Shown here piece by piece: positions 26,976-39,859 of a stretch of 64,000 nucleotides of DNA. The position numbers and the translations under genes are program-made. This stretch comes from Ophelia neglecta (Eukaryota): positions 20,646,001 through 20,710,000 of the forward strand of contig OZ260663.1 in NCBI GenBank assembly GCA_965285935.1. Direction: 5' to 3'. Every line of letters begins with the position of its first letter. The first letter of the stretch is position 1. The notes beneath the pieces were generated by a model, which was not told the DNA's origin, did not search any database, and saw nothing but the letters and a program-made list of their open reading frames with translations.

Positions 26976-28651
26976 AGCTTATATTTTTTTTATCAATGGG
27001 AGCAATGCAAGCCGTATGGTTGAGTGGTATATGCACGCGTTCCGGAAGCCAGAAGACACAACCGCAAATAAACAGCAATCGATGACTGATTACCGCAAAA
27101 GTACCTGGATACAGGAATGTTCTTACCTTGTTATGTACCAGGCAGAATAGTGTATCTTATTCCACAAACAGCAGGTAACGCACGTATAGTATCAATACTT
27201 AATACATAGTAGACCAGCTGCATTCACTTTTATTATTAAATTCTTTATGGAAACAAAGTATCTGTTTTATCAAGTGGATGTCTTAGCAAATAAGTACATG
27301 TGCCTTATAGCAGAAAAATACTAATTATATTATCGGTCTAAATGTCACTGCAAGCAGTTTATTATCCCATAATTAGTTGTTGTTTAGAACAATCAAATGT
27401 TATAAAACCCGAAAATGTGTTCAAGTGATTATCGCGATGAAGAATTAAGTGGGCTGCAAGACCGTCGTGAAAGTGTAACGAAGGCTACCCGTACCATTAG
27501 ATACTACAGGGTGGCGAAGGGAAATGTACGTACTGCTTATCAAAAATCCCCCCACTTAATATTTAACGTTCCCAAATTTCTGAGGTGTTATGCAATCAAA
27601 TGTTTACTTCAAAATATTCACAAAGAAAATGCAAAAAGTCCATTTATACTCCCATAAACGCAAGATACAATGTACCGCTAAACTAGCCATATTTATCAAC
27701 CTATCCACATTTTATCAGCAAAGTATACAGGTGAATGAAAAGAAAAGGCATTATATCTTCCGATATAATGATAAAATAAGGAATAATGATGTACCATTTC
27801 ATTTCTAACGAGCTGAATATTCTATTTCTTCAAACATATCAAGGATATGGATACATTCACGGGTCCTGGTGATGCCAGTATGATAAAGTGGAATACTCCT
27901 GATGAACAATTTCGGTTGGTTTTATTGGTATACACTAAGGACCGTTACTTTAAAAGGTTCTCTCTTTTCGTTCATAAACTGAAGGAATTCCAAATCTCAT
28001 AGGCAATAAACCATAATTCGAGCTCTTCAGCTTAAATCACTTGCTAGGATCAATTACGGGAAGAAATGGCCTTTTGAAGTAAAACATGCCTGAAGGAGTA
28101 GACTCAAATTGTGTTCGTATGCACAGGAGGGCAAAGAAACGCCGGAGATGACATGGTTTGGATCTTAATCACAGGTTAACGGTAATAGAAGAAATAAGCA
28201 TAGTGTGGAGGAAAATTCAAGCAATCACCGACTAATCATGCCAGGCCTTCTGGGAAATAAGAAAGGTAGTTCCGTATAATAGCCATGGACCGAATCTGCC
28301 CTCGTATGTCAAAAACACCACATCCGGATTGCGAATAACAGCACATATTGCACCGAATTGCCGCCGCATTCCCAAACGACCGAACCCAATCTTTAATGTT
28401 ATTCTCACTCAGCGCACAAAATGAATGACATATAACATAATTTGCACGTAAATTTAAACAGTTGGCGCTGTAATCTATTAATCTTTGATAGAAACGAACT
28501 CCGGTCTGTCTATGGGAAATGAATCTTGGGTTAGCAATATAACACAATTGCCATAGAATGAAATGCAGCTGTTTTTATTATAGCTCAGAGTTTTTTTCCA
28601 CCCATTACATCCTTTGAGATAACGCACTCATCCGTGGCTTGTAATACCCAG

Positions 28652-28888
28652 GGGCCGGTTTCTGGAAGGGGTCTTACGTTTTGGGATTAGATTAGCCTAA
28701 GACCGATTTGCTGAGGCCATGTTCAGCAGTGTTTCCACTGACCAGGATGAAGTTTAAGACCAAAATGGCTTGGTTTAAGACCTAATCCAGCTTCCAGAAA
28801 CCTCGATTAGTGAGTTAAGACCGATTAAGCAATTTAATCCTGATTTTAATCCGAGTTTAGAGTTAAGACCGCTTCCAGAAACCGGGCC
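28652..28888. mobile_element. Harbinger-type MITE (~237 bp)
   Basis: TIRs GGGCCGGTTTCTGGAAGGGGTCTTA and TTAAGACCGCTTCCAGAAACCGGGCC, with CAG on both flanks (CWG-type TSD). Internal reiterated taagacc motifs. Confidence 0.75.
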
Positions 28889-29178
28889 CAGGATGTGCCC
28901 TAGTTACAATAATGCCCTTCAGAAGATAAATTGTTCGAAAGAACATCTCTATGTTATGAAGACACAGTATATCAGTCAGTATAACTGGCACTTTTTATAT
29001 CCCGGGAAACTGTCTGCGCCCAAGTCCAAATGTACTTAGAAAATAAAGAGTTGCCTGCTGCTGGAAGAAACCACACAATGCGTCTTGGTTCGGCAGTAAG
29101 TATCACGAGAGTTTTCATCAGCTTAATCCCGTGCAGGTAAAACTGTAGTCAATGCAATGTAATCCGCTCCGTCTGTAA

Positions 29179-29582
29179 TGATTTGGTGTAGTTCATTATG
29201 TACTGGTCTGCGGGTGTCAGTATCATTTACCTTATGTATAAAGTATCCAAAACAGTTATTCACATTAGCTACGATTTGGTTGTTTTTACAAGACGGATAG
29301 GCAAAGACACACGAGTCAGGTCATTGTGCCTTCGTTCTCATCCAAAACCTCCTATGTTTATTTCATGTAGGTCTTAGTTGATTTGGTGTAGTTCATTATG
29401 TATTGGTCTGCGGGTGTCAGTATCATTTACCTTATGTATAAAGTATCCAAAACAGTTATTCACATTAGCTACGATTTGGTTGTTTTTACAAGACGGATAG
29501 GCAAAGACACACGAGTCAGGTCATTGTGCCTTCGTTCTCATCCAAAACCTCCTATGTTTATTTCATGTAGGTCTTAGTTGAT
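29179..29582. repeat. Near-perfect 200-bp tandem duplication
   Basis: 29179-29378 is repeated at 29379-29578, with one visible mismatch (tac/tat). Confidence 0.95.
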
Positions 29583-29739
29583 ATGGAATATGAAACTTGT
29601 TATTGAACAGTTGTCGTTGATAAAAAACACAAAATATCAACATTGATTGTTTTGTCATAACAAAGAAGAAATATAACTTTAAGCTGTACTTGCAGCCCAG
29701 CTTGGTACAACATATTGCAAAGGAACCATTTAATACGCA

Positions 29740-29846
29740 GCACATTTAATGCTCAACCAGAAATGACTGTACAGCGCTTTTGAACAGTCTCCACTGAAAA
29801 AAAGCGATATAACAAGTTCAATAAATAATAAATAATAATAATAAAT
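29740..29846 (+). mobile_element. L2-type LINE/SINE 3' end
   Basis: tgtacagcgcttttgaacag...aaaagcgatataacaagttc followed by an (aataa/taa)n tail. Confidence 0.5.
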
Positions 29847-30499
29847 GCATTTCTTCGAATTACCATTCTTTGCAAAGCAGAGGAGGCACAAATGATATTC
29901 CGAATTCTAAAACACTATTGATAATGTTCGCATATTTATATACTTTAATTGATTTCTTCTGCTTTTGAATACAAATGCTAATAGGACCATAGAGTAGACA
30001 TAAGATATCATAAATTGTATCTCCATTGGACTGTTATAATCTGTACCGGGCTCGCCGAGTTTTAAACATTATTATATATTCTTTTCAGTTCCCCGTCCCC
30101 TCGAAGAGTGGAACGGGAGACTATCAGTTTAGGGGCTGTCCGGCAAACTAGCCTGATGGAGTTAACAAAAGCCGTTTCATATCTGGTTGTCAAACTTGAA
30201 GTGCCTCTTAAAGGTGCCAACAGCTTGAACTGTATGGTATTTCTGCTAAATCCGAAAAACAAGATGGCTGTCATGACGCAATCAGCGCATTCTGTGTTCA
30301 ACCGCTTGCACCGAGTGTCTTGCGGATTTACCAAAAACCGTTTGAGAGATGGTTATCATGTTAAATTTTAAATACATTTCATGATATTTGATACCCAGTT
30401 GAAGAAAATCTGTTTTAGTATTGACCTTGTGACTGGTGTTCAATATGTTTTGAATCTATCAAAGAACAAAACCTTTGACAGCTACATTAGACGAACATT

Positions 30500-32400
30500 T
30501 AACTTTGAGGATCATATCATTTCCTTCAAAGTGAAAATATCGCGGATCAAAAGAACGGCAGTAGTTCGAATCACAAGTGATATCCGGTAGAATATATCCT
30601 TACTCGCTTAATAATTTCATGAATTTCATATCCATTTGGAGATTAGCCAATCACTCTAAAACAAGGTTTGTTGGGAAAAACAGCAGAAGCGTAATTTGAA
30701 GAGCCATGCTGTTTTCCGAAGTAGAACTAAAAATCCAACATGGACTTGCCGATAACTAATCTACAAAATTGCAAATGGTCATGCCTTTGAGAAAAAAGTA
30801 ATCGTTTTTCAAACGGGCCCCGGGAACAATAACTTAGACTACTCTCACTATAGTCGTTATACTGGTTGATGAATAGCTTCAGCCTCGAGGCAAAGATGTA
30901 ATCCCCAAATGTCACATGTTTGTTACAAAACAATAGTCTGAATGCTTAGCAGATTTGTAATAATTTAGAATTTTAAATATTAATCTTCTCCAAATTAGAA
31001 ACATTAATGCCATATCATCGCCAGAACAATAAAAAAACCTGAGGATGGGAAAAACATGCAGAACAATGTCATCTTTGCCTTGAATTTGGTTTTATATTGT
31101 CGTTAATTCTTTGCTCTTTTCTAAAGAAATTAACTTCGTAATGATTCACAAAGCTGGATAACAGAAATCATTTGTCAATGAATGATGCTTTTTTCCACAG
31201 GAAAATCCTAATATTTATTTTCTTAAGCTCCCAAAACTTTGGTCAGCTGGACCGAAGATACAAGGATTATTTGCTTACTTGAATATCGAGATGACCTCCT
31301 GTCATCAGAAGTCGGAGAGGACCCTATAATACATACATAGGTTCTGTGCTGGGTATCTACCGTCTTTCTTTTTACGATAACACGCCTGGCTTGATTTGAA
31401 AAGACATTACCCAAACCTCATGAAGTTCTGGTAGCATAACCTCATAATGCTATGGTAACCCAACTCTCAAGATGAAATGGTAAGAAACAATCGCAACCTC
31501 GTGATAAGGAAGAAGCACCATCTTAATTGTACAACAGTGAAAGCGACAACGGAGATTTCTGTAACTAAGCTTAAGATTAAAGCCGTCTCAAGCTAGGACG
31601 GCGGTGATTATGACCGATTCCAGCGTTGTAGCATCTGGAAAGCATGTACCATGTCCACCAGACCACCGAAGTTGTAACTCCAGCATAGGCTGGAATCACT
31701 TGGAAATTAGGTAGACTAAGTTTAAGCACTTTGCTTAGGTGTAGAGCACATTGCCTAAGTAGCGCGGTGAAACTCCCGATATTCTGGCCGCGGTACAAGC
31801 AACTTAATAACCGAGCCAACTGGCTCAATTTTTAACAGATTAGTATATGTTCAAATTAGAATAGCTACTCAAAGATCCATTTGATACATCCACTTTGGAC
31901 CTGGAAAAAGAACTCCTTGCTGCTCCATAGCCCCACTTTAAATAAACGATAGACAATAGGAGAGAGATCCACTTTGCGATTTGCATATCAAATACTCGCG
32001 GCCGCTCAACGTTTGTTAATGGATGATACCTTTGACTGGGGAGGAAATAGACGATAATGTGGGATTCGTCTTGAAGTGAAGATATACATTGGCTCCAACC
32101 ATCCTATTGCATGATTATAATGGAATAGCCTGCCCAAACATCCGCAAGTTTTTTCCATTTAGAGTCGGATAGCGACTAAGAGATAAGTCGAAGGACTAAC
32201 AAAAAGTACGGGCTCACTTGGAAATGTCTTGGGCAACCAAGCTTGGTAATACCTATGGGTATTCCTCTAGGTTTCAAAGGAAACTGACTGTGTTTGTAGT
32301 TCTTTGACATTTTGATGTGTAATACAAGTCCGATTTATTATTCGTTCGTGTTTGCTTAATTTATCTTTTTTATGTTCATAATTTACAGTTTATGATGTAG
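30500..32400 (+). mobile_element. Possible highly degraded CR1/L2 LINE ORF2
   Basis: Only scattered motif remnants: GSVLG at ~31340 and KKYGL..LG..LWN-like at ~32200. No intact frame. Confidence 0.3.
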
Positions 32401-35400
32401 AATATTTATATTCGACGATAGCCTGGACGGAGCTGACTATTACCAACAGTTTCGACTCAGCAGAAACCGCAGACAGTTACGAAAAAAACTTCCAGACTAT
32501 TTCTTGCGCAATTGATCCTTCTCTATCAGTCTGCTATGTAATCATACACTTTCTCACCGAAAACATCCGTCCGTAAGATTAAAAAAATGTTGCAGACGAA
32601 ATATACTATAGCATTGAGTTACGTATACACGACGTTTGTCGTATATTTTGTATATAAAGTGTATTTTATTTACTAGAAACCTACACAGATAAGGACTTCA
32701 TGGGAAACAACAAACACACATCTATTAAAGAATGCACAATTTTCAAAGGCATGATCATGACATAAAAGTGCGAGTTTCTTTACAGATATGTTTGTATAAA
32801 AGTGGAAAATCTTTTTTGAATGTTAGGTTCTGCATTCTAAGTATTAAGTAGATTTCGGGGCCCTCGCCCGTTATTAAATCCATTCGTATTAATATACGTT
32901 AAAAAAGTGCGACATCACGTCTATCCCCCCGATGACACTTGCAGAATATGTCATATAATTGTGGAAATGTTTTAAAGTTGTGGTAAGGTAGACGAAGCCA
33001 TACTAGTTTAAAGTGTGTATCGACGGAGTCAGATCAGAAGCCTTGCCCATATAATGTGTGTGTCAAGGGATTCACGACACTTATTATGTTATTCATCATT
33101 ATTCTATATATTTCTATGTATGCTCAACTCCCCTTTACCCATATTTCCATGAAATGTTCTCTCCAGAAAGTGCAGGAAAAACAAGCAAAAAAAAAAAAGA
33201 ATTCTGCTTGATTTGTTAAAATATGCGAAGGTATTACCAAAGTTTTTCAAGAGCGCTAATAGTGTATAATAATATTAACTTGGCATAATGACATCTTTAT
33301 TTACAATGCCACTATTGGCTTACTGTACTTCTAACAGTATATAGATGCCACACCTCTGTGTAAATGAAATAAGCCATTTTGGGAATTGGTGGCGTTTACT
33401 CTATCTGCACCATAAAAAAGGGTGGAAATTTGATAATAAGTTCTTGAGGCAAATGCACATCATATTCCTACACTATAAAAAAAACTTGGAAACCTGCGAA
33501 ATGTGATCAACTTCCATTTTTTAATAATATTAAATGTATCATAAGATACCACACTCATTTGAACAAGGATCTTTAACATGCTGTATAAATCATACGTGTA
33601 TACGGAAATAATTCATCTCTTGTCTGACACTTACTAGAAAATTTAATCCGTCATACAATCCAGATATCCTTGGGCATAGTTCATCTTAGTCCAACGTTAT
33701 CCCCTGGCTCGCATGTTGTGGCATGCCTCGAACTACGGAATACGAGGGACCACTTCTCACTGCAAGTGACAGCAAATTATATGTATCCATTCACCTTAAT
33801 TTCATGACAACCACACCTTTATGGCACTAAGATTTGATATTTTTTTGCCTGCAGCTCACGGTTCTTGATAGTTTTGGACCAACTTAATGGGAAATGCTTG
33901 ATCAATTATTGCTCTGACACATTGATAATGAAGAATGTCCCTGCATTTACCAGAATAAAGTGGTGGGTTATTATCTTTACTGAATTCTTGGCTAGTTATG
34001 CTCTTCAGCAGTTTATTTCAAAGTGGCATCCATGGAACTCGAACCAATTATAGTAGAAGTACAGCATACAAAAATGACAAGATAAATTCCCCAAAATCGA
34101 TCTTGCCAGGATTTTCCGCTAGGACCATTGACTTCGTTGCCCTTGCTAACAGTGGATCAGAGCTGCAGTCTCCCATCTAAGTATAGAACTATGGGAAACC
34201 CCGTGGTGATATAAAACATTCTAGATACTAGAAACTGTATTGTGACAGTGCCTGTGTTTGTTCGGTCTGATAGAGGTCGACTGACAAGATGGCGACTGCT
34301 GATAGTGGGATGGACGTAATGTTCAGAAAAGTAATCGAATGGTATATATAATTATTTTATCAATGAGAAGGAAAGGCATGTCCTAAGTACAATGTGTATC
34401 ACAGAGCTAGCAGATTTTGCAAATATTGACAACCTGTGTTGTAAATTCATACGGTGGGAGGATGGAATATTGCCTGATATTAACATACAACATATGGTTT
34501 AGTTTAAAAGAGGGGCTACCATTTTCATTACTAGCAACTGGGATGTACTGCACGCCGTCGCAGAATACTCAACAGACATAAGACTGAAGCAATACTGACG
34601 GTAGTGTTTCCCTGCTCCACAAGTCGGGTACAATGATTTATCTCTTTAGAACTACGTTACCTTGTGTGACGTACCTCACCGTATTGAACGACATTTTCGT
34701 ATTGACTATTGACTCAGCAGGTATCGGACGATGACGTTTGCTGGTGTGTTCTACCAATGACGGCTCGACACGTCACTAGCAAGTATGTTATAACGGCAAT
34801 TGAACTAGGTTTCTCCTATAATTTTAGGTTGGTTGTAAGATGATAGAAGTTGTACATACTCCACCAAATTTTGTATATGCTGTGCTGGTAACGGGGTATG
34901 GTATTGATCGTTGCCGTCAGTCGTGTTAACAAGAGTGGAGCGCTTGTTGCTAGGGCACACAGCGTGTCTTATTATCTTCATAGATGTCTAGTGACTAACA
35001 CAGACACTAAAATTTAAATTATTACCGCTTATATCTATTTTTTTTGGGCACGTTTATAATCCATTCAGTAGAGTTTTCTGTGCTACTATAATTCAATTTG
35101 TAGTGTGTGTTTCCAAAGCCAGATGCTAGATTACCCGTCCGTCTTGAGCCCGGGTGGTGGGAGTGGTGGGTGGTCGATATACTGAGCGTTTATCTATAGA
35201 ATGAGCATTGCTTCTGGCACATTATTGAATGTTGTTGTCCTTATCTTCTGATAGGCACATCATCCTGTATGACAACGGAATTGTATCATTTATAAATATC
35301 AATTTAATTGTAGCCTGGTTAATCAACCTACTCAGTTACCTGTTTCATTTGAATAGGCATGGGATACTGCAGTAGATCGCAGCACAGCTGCCTCATAATG

Positions 35401-36377
35401 GACATTCAGCACTTTGATTATTGTCGGTTCCCGTTGGGAAACCGCTGTTTAGACTAATTACTAATTAATCCAGGGGGAACAATTCACAGGAAAGGTTTAT
35501 ATAAAAAGTTTTTATTCAATTGAAAACGGTTAACATAATAACAATAATGAGATAAAAAGTGGAATATGTCCATTGAAATGTGAGATTGAGCAAACATAAT
35601 GTCGAGTCATTATAGGTGCATGACTGATTAAGAGAGCATCCAAGCTCTGAATTGCGAGAGGCGTATATGCACTTGGCGTTCCTTTGAATAGCCGTTACGG
35701 CAAATTCATTAACAAATGAAGGGAGCACTTCTTTAAAATACATTTCATTCTCTTAAACGAGTGGAAGGTGTTGAAGCCTAAGTGTGATAATATCAGCCAA
35801 ATACCCTTCTTAAAATCCTAATTCCCTTGATACATATTTCTAGATATTAATTTCCTTGGTTTGTCTGCCGGGTATCAACTCGGTAGTAGTCTCTAGGACA
35901 GACAGGTGAGCAAAATCGTCCAATTTTTCGTTAAGCTTCTCAAAACCAATCATTTGGTATTAATGCCAACTAGTTGACTAGAATACTGTGAAAAAGGCCG
36001 ATCGTCATATAAAAATAACCTATATAATAACTAGGTCGGTGGCCATGTTTTGTTCTTCTCGACATTGAAACATTTTTTACTAGTGATCAACATTGTGTAC
36101 TTTGGTATAAAGTAGTGGAAACACATAATATACATTAGAGGATTTGTATTTCTTAAACTTTGTCAACTAAAACGGATCACCAAATTAAATGAGGTATCCA
36201 TTAATTTGAACAATGCCAAATCAATCGTGTAAAACTGTTTCAGATTCTTGAGCCGTATGTTAGTATTCGTGATACGATTACTTATCGGTCCTATCGTTAA
36301 AACGGTAGACATAGCGAAAACGTGCACCCTGTAGTATGCAGATTCCTGAAACAACATGATCACTCATGATTAAAGAG

Positions 36378-36840
36378 TGCTATTGAACATGTAGTCTTGG
36401 GTTTCGAGGCAAATATACCAGTTTTGAGTATCGAGAATGAACATTCGAGTATCCAGTTTGACATTTCGATTTTAAGGAGGGAAAGAACGACTGCCGAGTA
36501 TGAAAGTCCGGACACCGACTATGAGATTTGGTTTCAGCGCAATTGAAATCCCGAGTTTCTGTTATGAATAACGAGTGTCGTTATTTTATATATTCAGGCA
36601 TTCTAAAATACTATTATACAGGATTAAGAAGTGTTTATTGAATTTAAATTATGTCGTACATCACGTGTTCCTCACATGTTACTCGAGTATTCATACTCGA
36701 TACACGAACTTTCATATTCGATACTCAAACATTTATCTCAAAATACGAGAATTCATGCTCGATAATCAAATGTTCACATTTGAGACTCGAACTACTATAA
36801 ATGAAGAATTATTGGCTCGAAACTCGATGTTCAGTAATAT
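36378..36840. mobile_element. Degenerate foldback/MITE-like element
   Basis: Imperfect inverted ends (tattgaacat..gtttcgag / ctcgaaac..atgttcagta). CGAGT motifs in the left half and ACTCG motifs in the right half. Confidence 0.4.
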
Positions 36841-37219
36841 TCATGATTAACCGAGTTGATAATTATTGAAAAATTACTTTCAAGTTTCTTGTGCCCACTT
36901 CGGTCGACCACAATTATTTTGAACACCAGGAAAATCTGGTTGCATTACTAACTAGGGATTATGCCTTCTCGTTACATTCCTTGATAAACTGCAGCTCATT
37001 CCAGGAACATTTTTCAGTACACCGATCACGCCATTTCTCACAGTCATTTTGAATGTATGGGCACTATTAGTCTTGTATCTTTCTTAGACAATATTTGTTG
37101 CTCAAAACCATGCCCATAATTTACTTTTTACTTTGATAAACATAGAGAAACGCATTGTGCGATATCCACATAGACTCAGAAGCAAGTCTATTTTGCATAG
37201 AGTTCTACTCGGTCAACTT

Positions 37220-38047
37220 TCATTTCGCAGACAAGTGGACAACAACCTCCTGGTCTGGCGACTTATTTGTCGGACTGTCTTCCCCTAGAGACTTTAAAAT
37301 GATTTCACTTGGAGCCAAAAGCAATTTCTGAGCCGTCGCCGATACGCCTTCTTTACATGGAAGCTTGTCTTCTTCTGGGCGTGGACTTGTTGATCTTGAT
37401 CTACTTAGCGTCCGTGAAGCCCCCCGTTTCTTACTGGTGTGCCCCTGTGATCTTATTGACAATGAAGGCGTTTTGAATTTAACAGATGCTCTACTTCTCT
37501 TGCCAACCGGCTCTACACCAGACTCGGAAAGCAAAGTAATGCTTTCAGGTCGCCCAATTGTGTCCGTTTTCTCTGCCAATTCCTCCACCCTTCCTTCTAT
37601 TTCTAAATTATGTAAAGTTTCTAAATTCTGTAGATGCTTAATCATCCTTTGGACCCTGAAGCGATGGGCTGCTCCTTCCGGGTTGTTTCGAAAGTTCACG
37701 TAATTTTCATATGCCGCGTCTTCTTCAATCTCTTCCTTTTCACGCTTTAAGTACATTATCATTGCCACAATAATTCCTATTGAATAAAACAGCAACACCA
37801 CAACGATGTAAAGAAGGGCGTGTCGATCGTGATCGGCCAGCTTCGATGGGCCTAATTCTAGTGTCCCATTGGCTGTCTCCTCGGTCAGACGATCGGACAC
37901 GTCACTAGTCACCATGGTGACATTACGGCAAAACGCCGTCAGACCGACGCTAGGCATGCAGAGGCCCGCCCACGAACATCCACGGGGTCGTTGTGCTGGA
38001 GGGTTATCCAATGAGATACTATGACGTTGTATGTTTGTGCTAGTCAT
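37220..38047 (-). CDS. KCNE-like single-pass membrane protein, copy B (275 aa; start conserved with copy A is Met31 at 37957, giving 245 aa)
   Basis: Intact single-exon ORF with sequons NVT and NGT, TM ALLYIVVVLLFYSIGIIVAMIMYL, juxtamembrane KREKEEIEEDAAYENYVNF and a Ser/Arg-rich disordered tail. Upstream acceptor TTTTTATTTCAG| at 38180. Confidence 0.85.
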   Translation of the reverse strand: MTSTNIQRHSISLDNPPAQRPRGCSWAGLCMPSVGLTAFCRNVTMVTSDVSDRLTEETANGTLELGPSKLADHDRHALLYIVVVLLFYSIGIIVAMIMYLKREKEEIEEDAAYENYVNFRNNPEGAAHRFRVQRMIKHLQNLETLHNLEIEGRVEELAEKTDTIGRPESITLLSESGVEPVGKRSRASVKFKTPSLSIRSQGHTSKKRGASRTLSRSRSTSPRPEEDKLPCKEGVSATAQKLLLAPSEIILKSLGEDSPTNKSPDQEVVVHLSAK

Positions 38048-38979
38048 CCATTTTCTGTAAGACGTAGAGACAATCTGATCACCGTCTTTCCATTGGCCTC
38101 ACGAACTCGCCCAGTAGTCATAGCGAGTCGTAGGAGTATGGTATAACGTCCAATGAACCAGTCTTACTCATTGGGTTATCTGAAATAAAAACCATATCAT
38201 GTATCACAGGATATATTTAACAGATGTGCCTCCGTTGCTCGAGAGCAATGAATGCGAACATAAATAATCACAGTCGAACATTTAGTTCCACATGTCAAGA
38301 ATAAACATTACCGTGGATTCTGGTTAGGCTGGATACTTTCATCACTATATTGACCATGGCAGATATATATGCCTCCTGCAAACAAACCTGCGGATCCGTT
38401 ACAGCATATGACGGGACTGTGGACTTTGGAAACAAACATAGCTGACAAGAGCTAAAAGCTACCATATTCAACGGAACCTGGCTAAGTGGTAATTGAGGGG
38501 ATGGGGTTGTGGGAAGGGTGGCGTGGGGACGGTGCAAACATTAAGATAACTTTAGAATAAAATAGCTAATGGGGTGGGCGTGTGGGTCTACTTTAAAAGA
38601 AAATAAGCAAACGCTGTGATCTCGGTTAACATTGAAATGGGTTCTGCACAGTCGTTTGAGGAACGGCAATAACAGTTAGGTAGATGCCAAGCAGGACTCA
38701 TAAAATGGCCGAGGAAAACTTTCCGAGGCCATAAACATGATATCTATTTCCATTATTTGCGAAGGCGCGGCTCGATAAAGAGCAGATCGGTCTTAAAACC
38801 AGGCGCTGCTTTAGGCAGGCAATGAATCCCTGATATTTTCTTTAAGCTAATCCTAGTCCCATTACCAATCACAAAACTGCAATGCAAAGTTTCTCGACAT
38901 GGCTAAAACAAACCTGGTAAGCGAACATGTATGGAGCCACTGTTTTGCCAAGATAACCTGTAGAGTTTGATAGTACAAT

Positions 38980-39340
38980 TTCAGGATTGATTGTTGAAAG
39001 CAAAAACTACGGAACACCAGGCGTCTGCTGTTGCCAGATAGAGCAGGGCCTTTTGCACGCCATGCAAATGTGTCTGGGAGCTGGTGAGGTAATGTTGTAC
39101 ATGTTGCATGCAGATCCAGCGGAAAGTGGAAAATGAGCCATTTCCGTTGGGTGGACGTATCCCATTAACAGTACAATCCATCGAGTTCAAAATGATAGGG
39201 AAAGTGATACAACCGTTGTGAGCTTGACACCCATTCTAATACCAATAGGAGTACATTTGGCATTTCGCCAGACGCACCATTTAGAATTCATCTAAAAAAC
39301 GATTATCTTGTCCTCTTGTCCACGCCAGTCCTGAACGCCT
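38980..39340 (-). mobile_element. Possible degraded RTE-type RT fragment
   Basis: Remnants resembling KAF, GV(K/R)QGC..P.IL..MD.TV and a decayed YADDI region; many frameshifts. Confidence 0.35.
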
Positions 39341-39859
39341 TCCCTGTAAGGAGCCTACACTGACTCAGCAACGTTTATGTTCTCAAAATGAACATGTTTT
39401 TTTTCGACCTACATTCCGAAGAACTGTTAACTATTTAATATTGATGGTTATAGCCGATTAAGATCGTTTTATTCCTTTCTGTTATTTCTCACTGCCCAGT
39501 TATTTCCAAACATATCATGGGGAATTAAACTCTTTTACTTCGACCGCCAAATTCGGATCGAATTAGTTGACTTTGATGCACAGCTATTTGGCTAAAAGCT
39601 GGACTAATTACCTCAATGGTGTCAAGAGGGTAAATGTCTGTAGACCAGAGGCTTGACCCATTATATTCCATGTGGATATAAAACGAAGTCTGGATTTCTC
39701 TCAAATTTGTACTCATAGAGTGATTCATTCGTGAAAAAATTGAGATTGTAAACACTTATATTTACTGCATAAAGAAATATATATACAGTTGTATGCAATA
39801 TTTATTATGAATAATTTTAGAATTTCAGATGAGCTTGTGATTCTATTACTTGGAGCCTA

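Noticed and set aside
30085-30370. Helentron/HINE-like motifs (cccgtcccctcg..gggagactat, aacaagatggctg)
   Set aside because: Suggestive but too degenerate to define termini.
34240-35000. Possible solo LTR (starts TGTGAC, contains aagatggcg)
   Set aside because: No clear CA end, TSD or second copy in the window.
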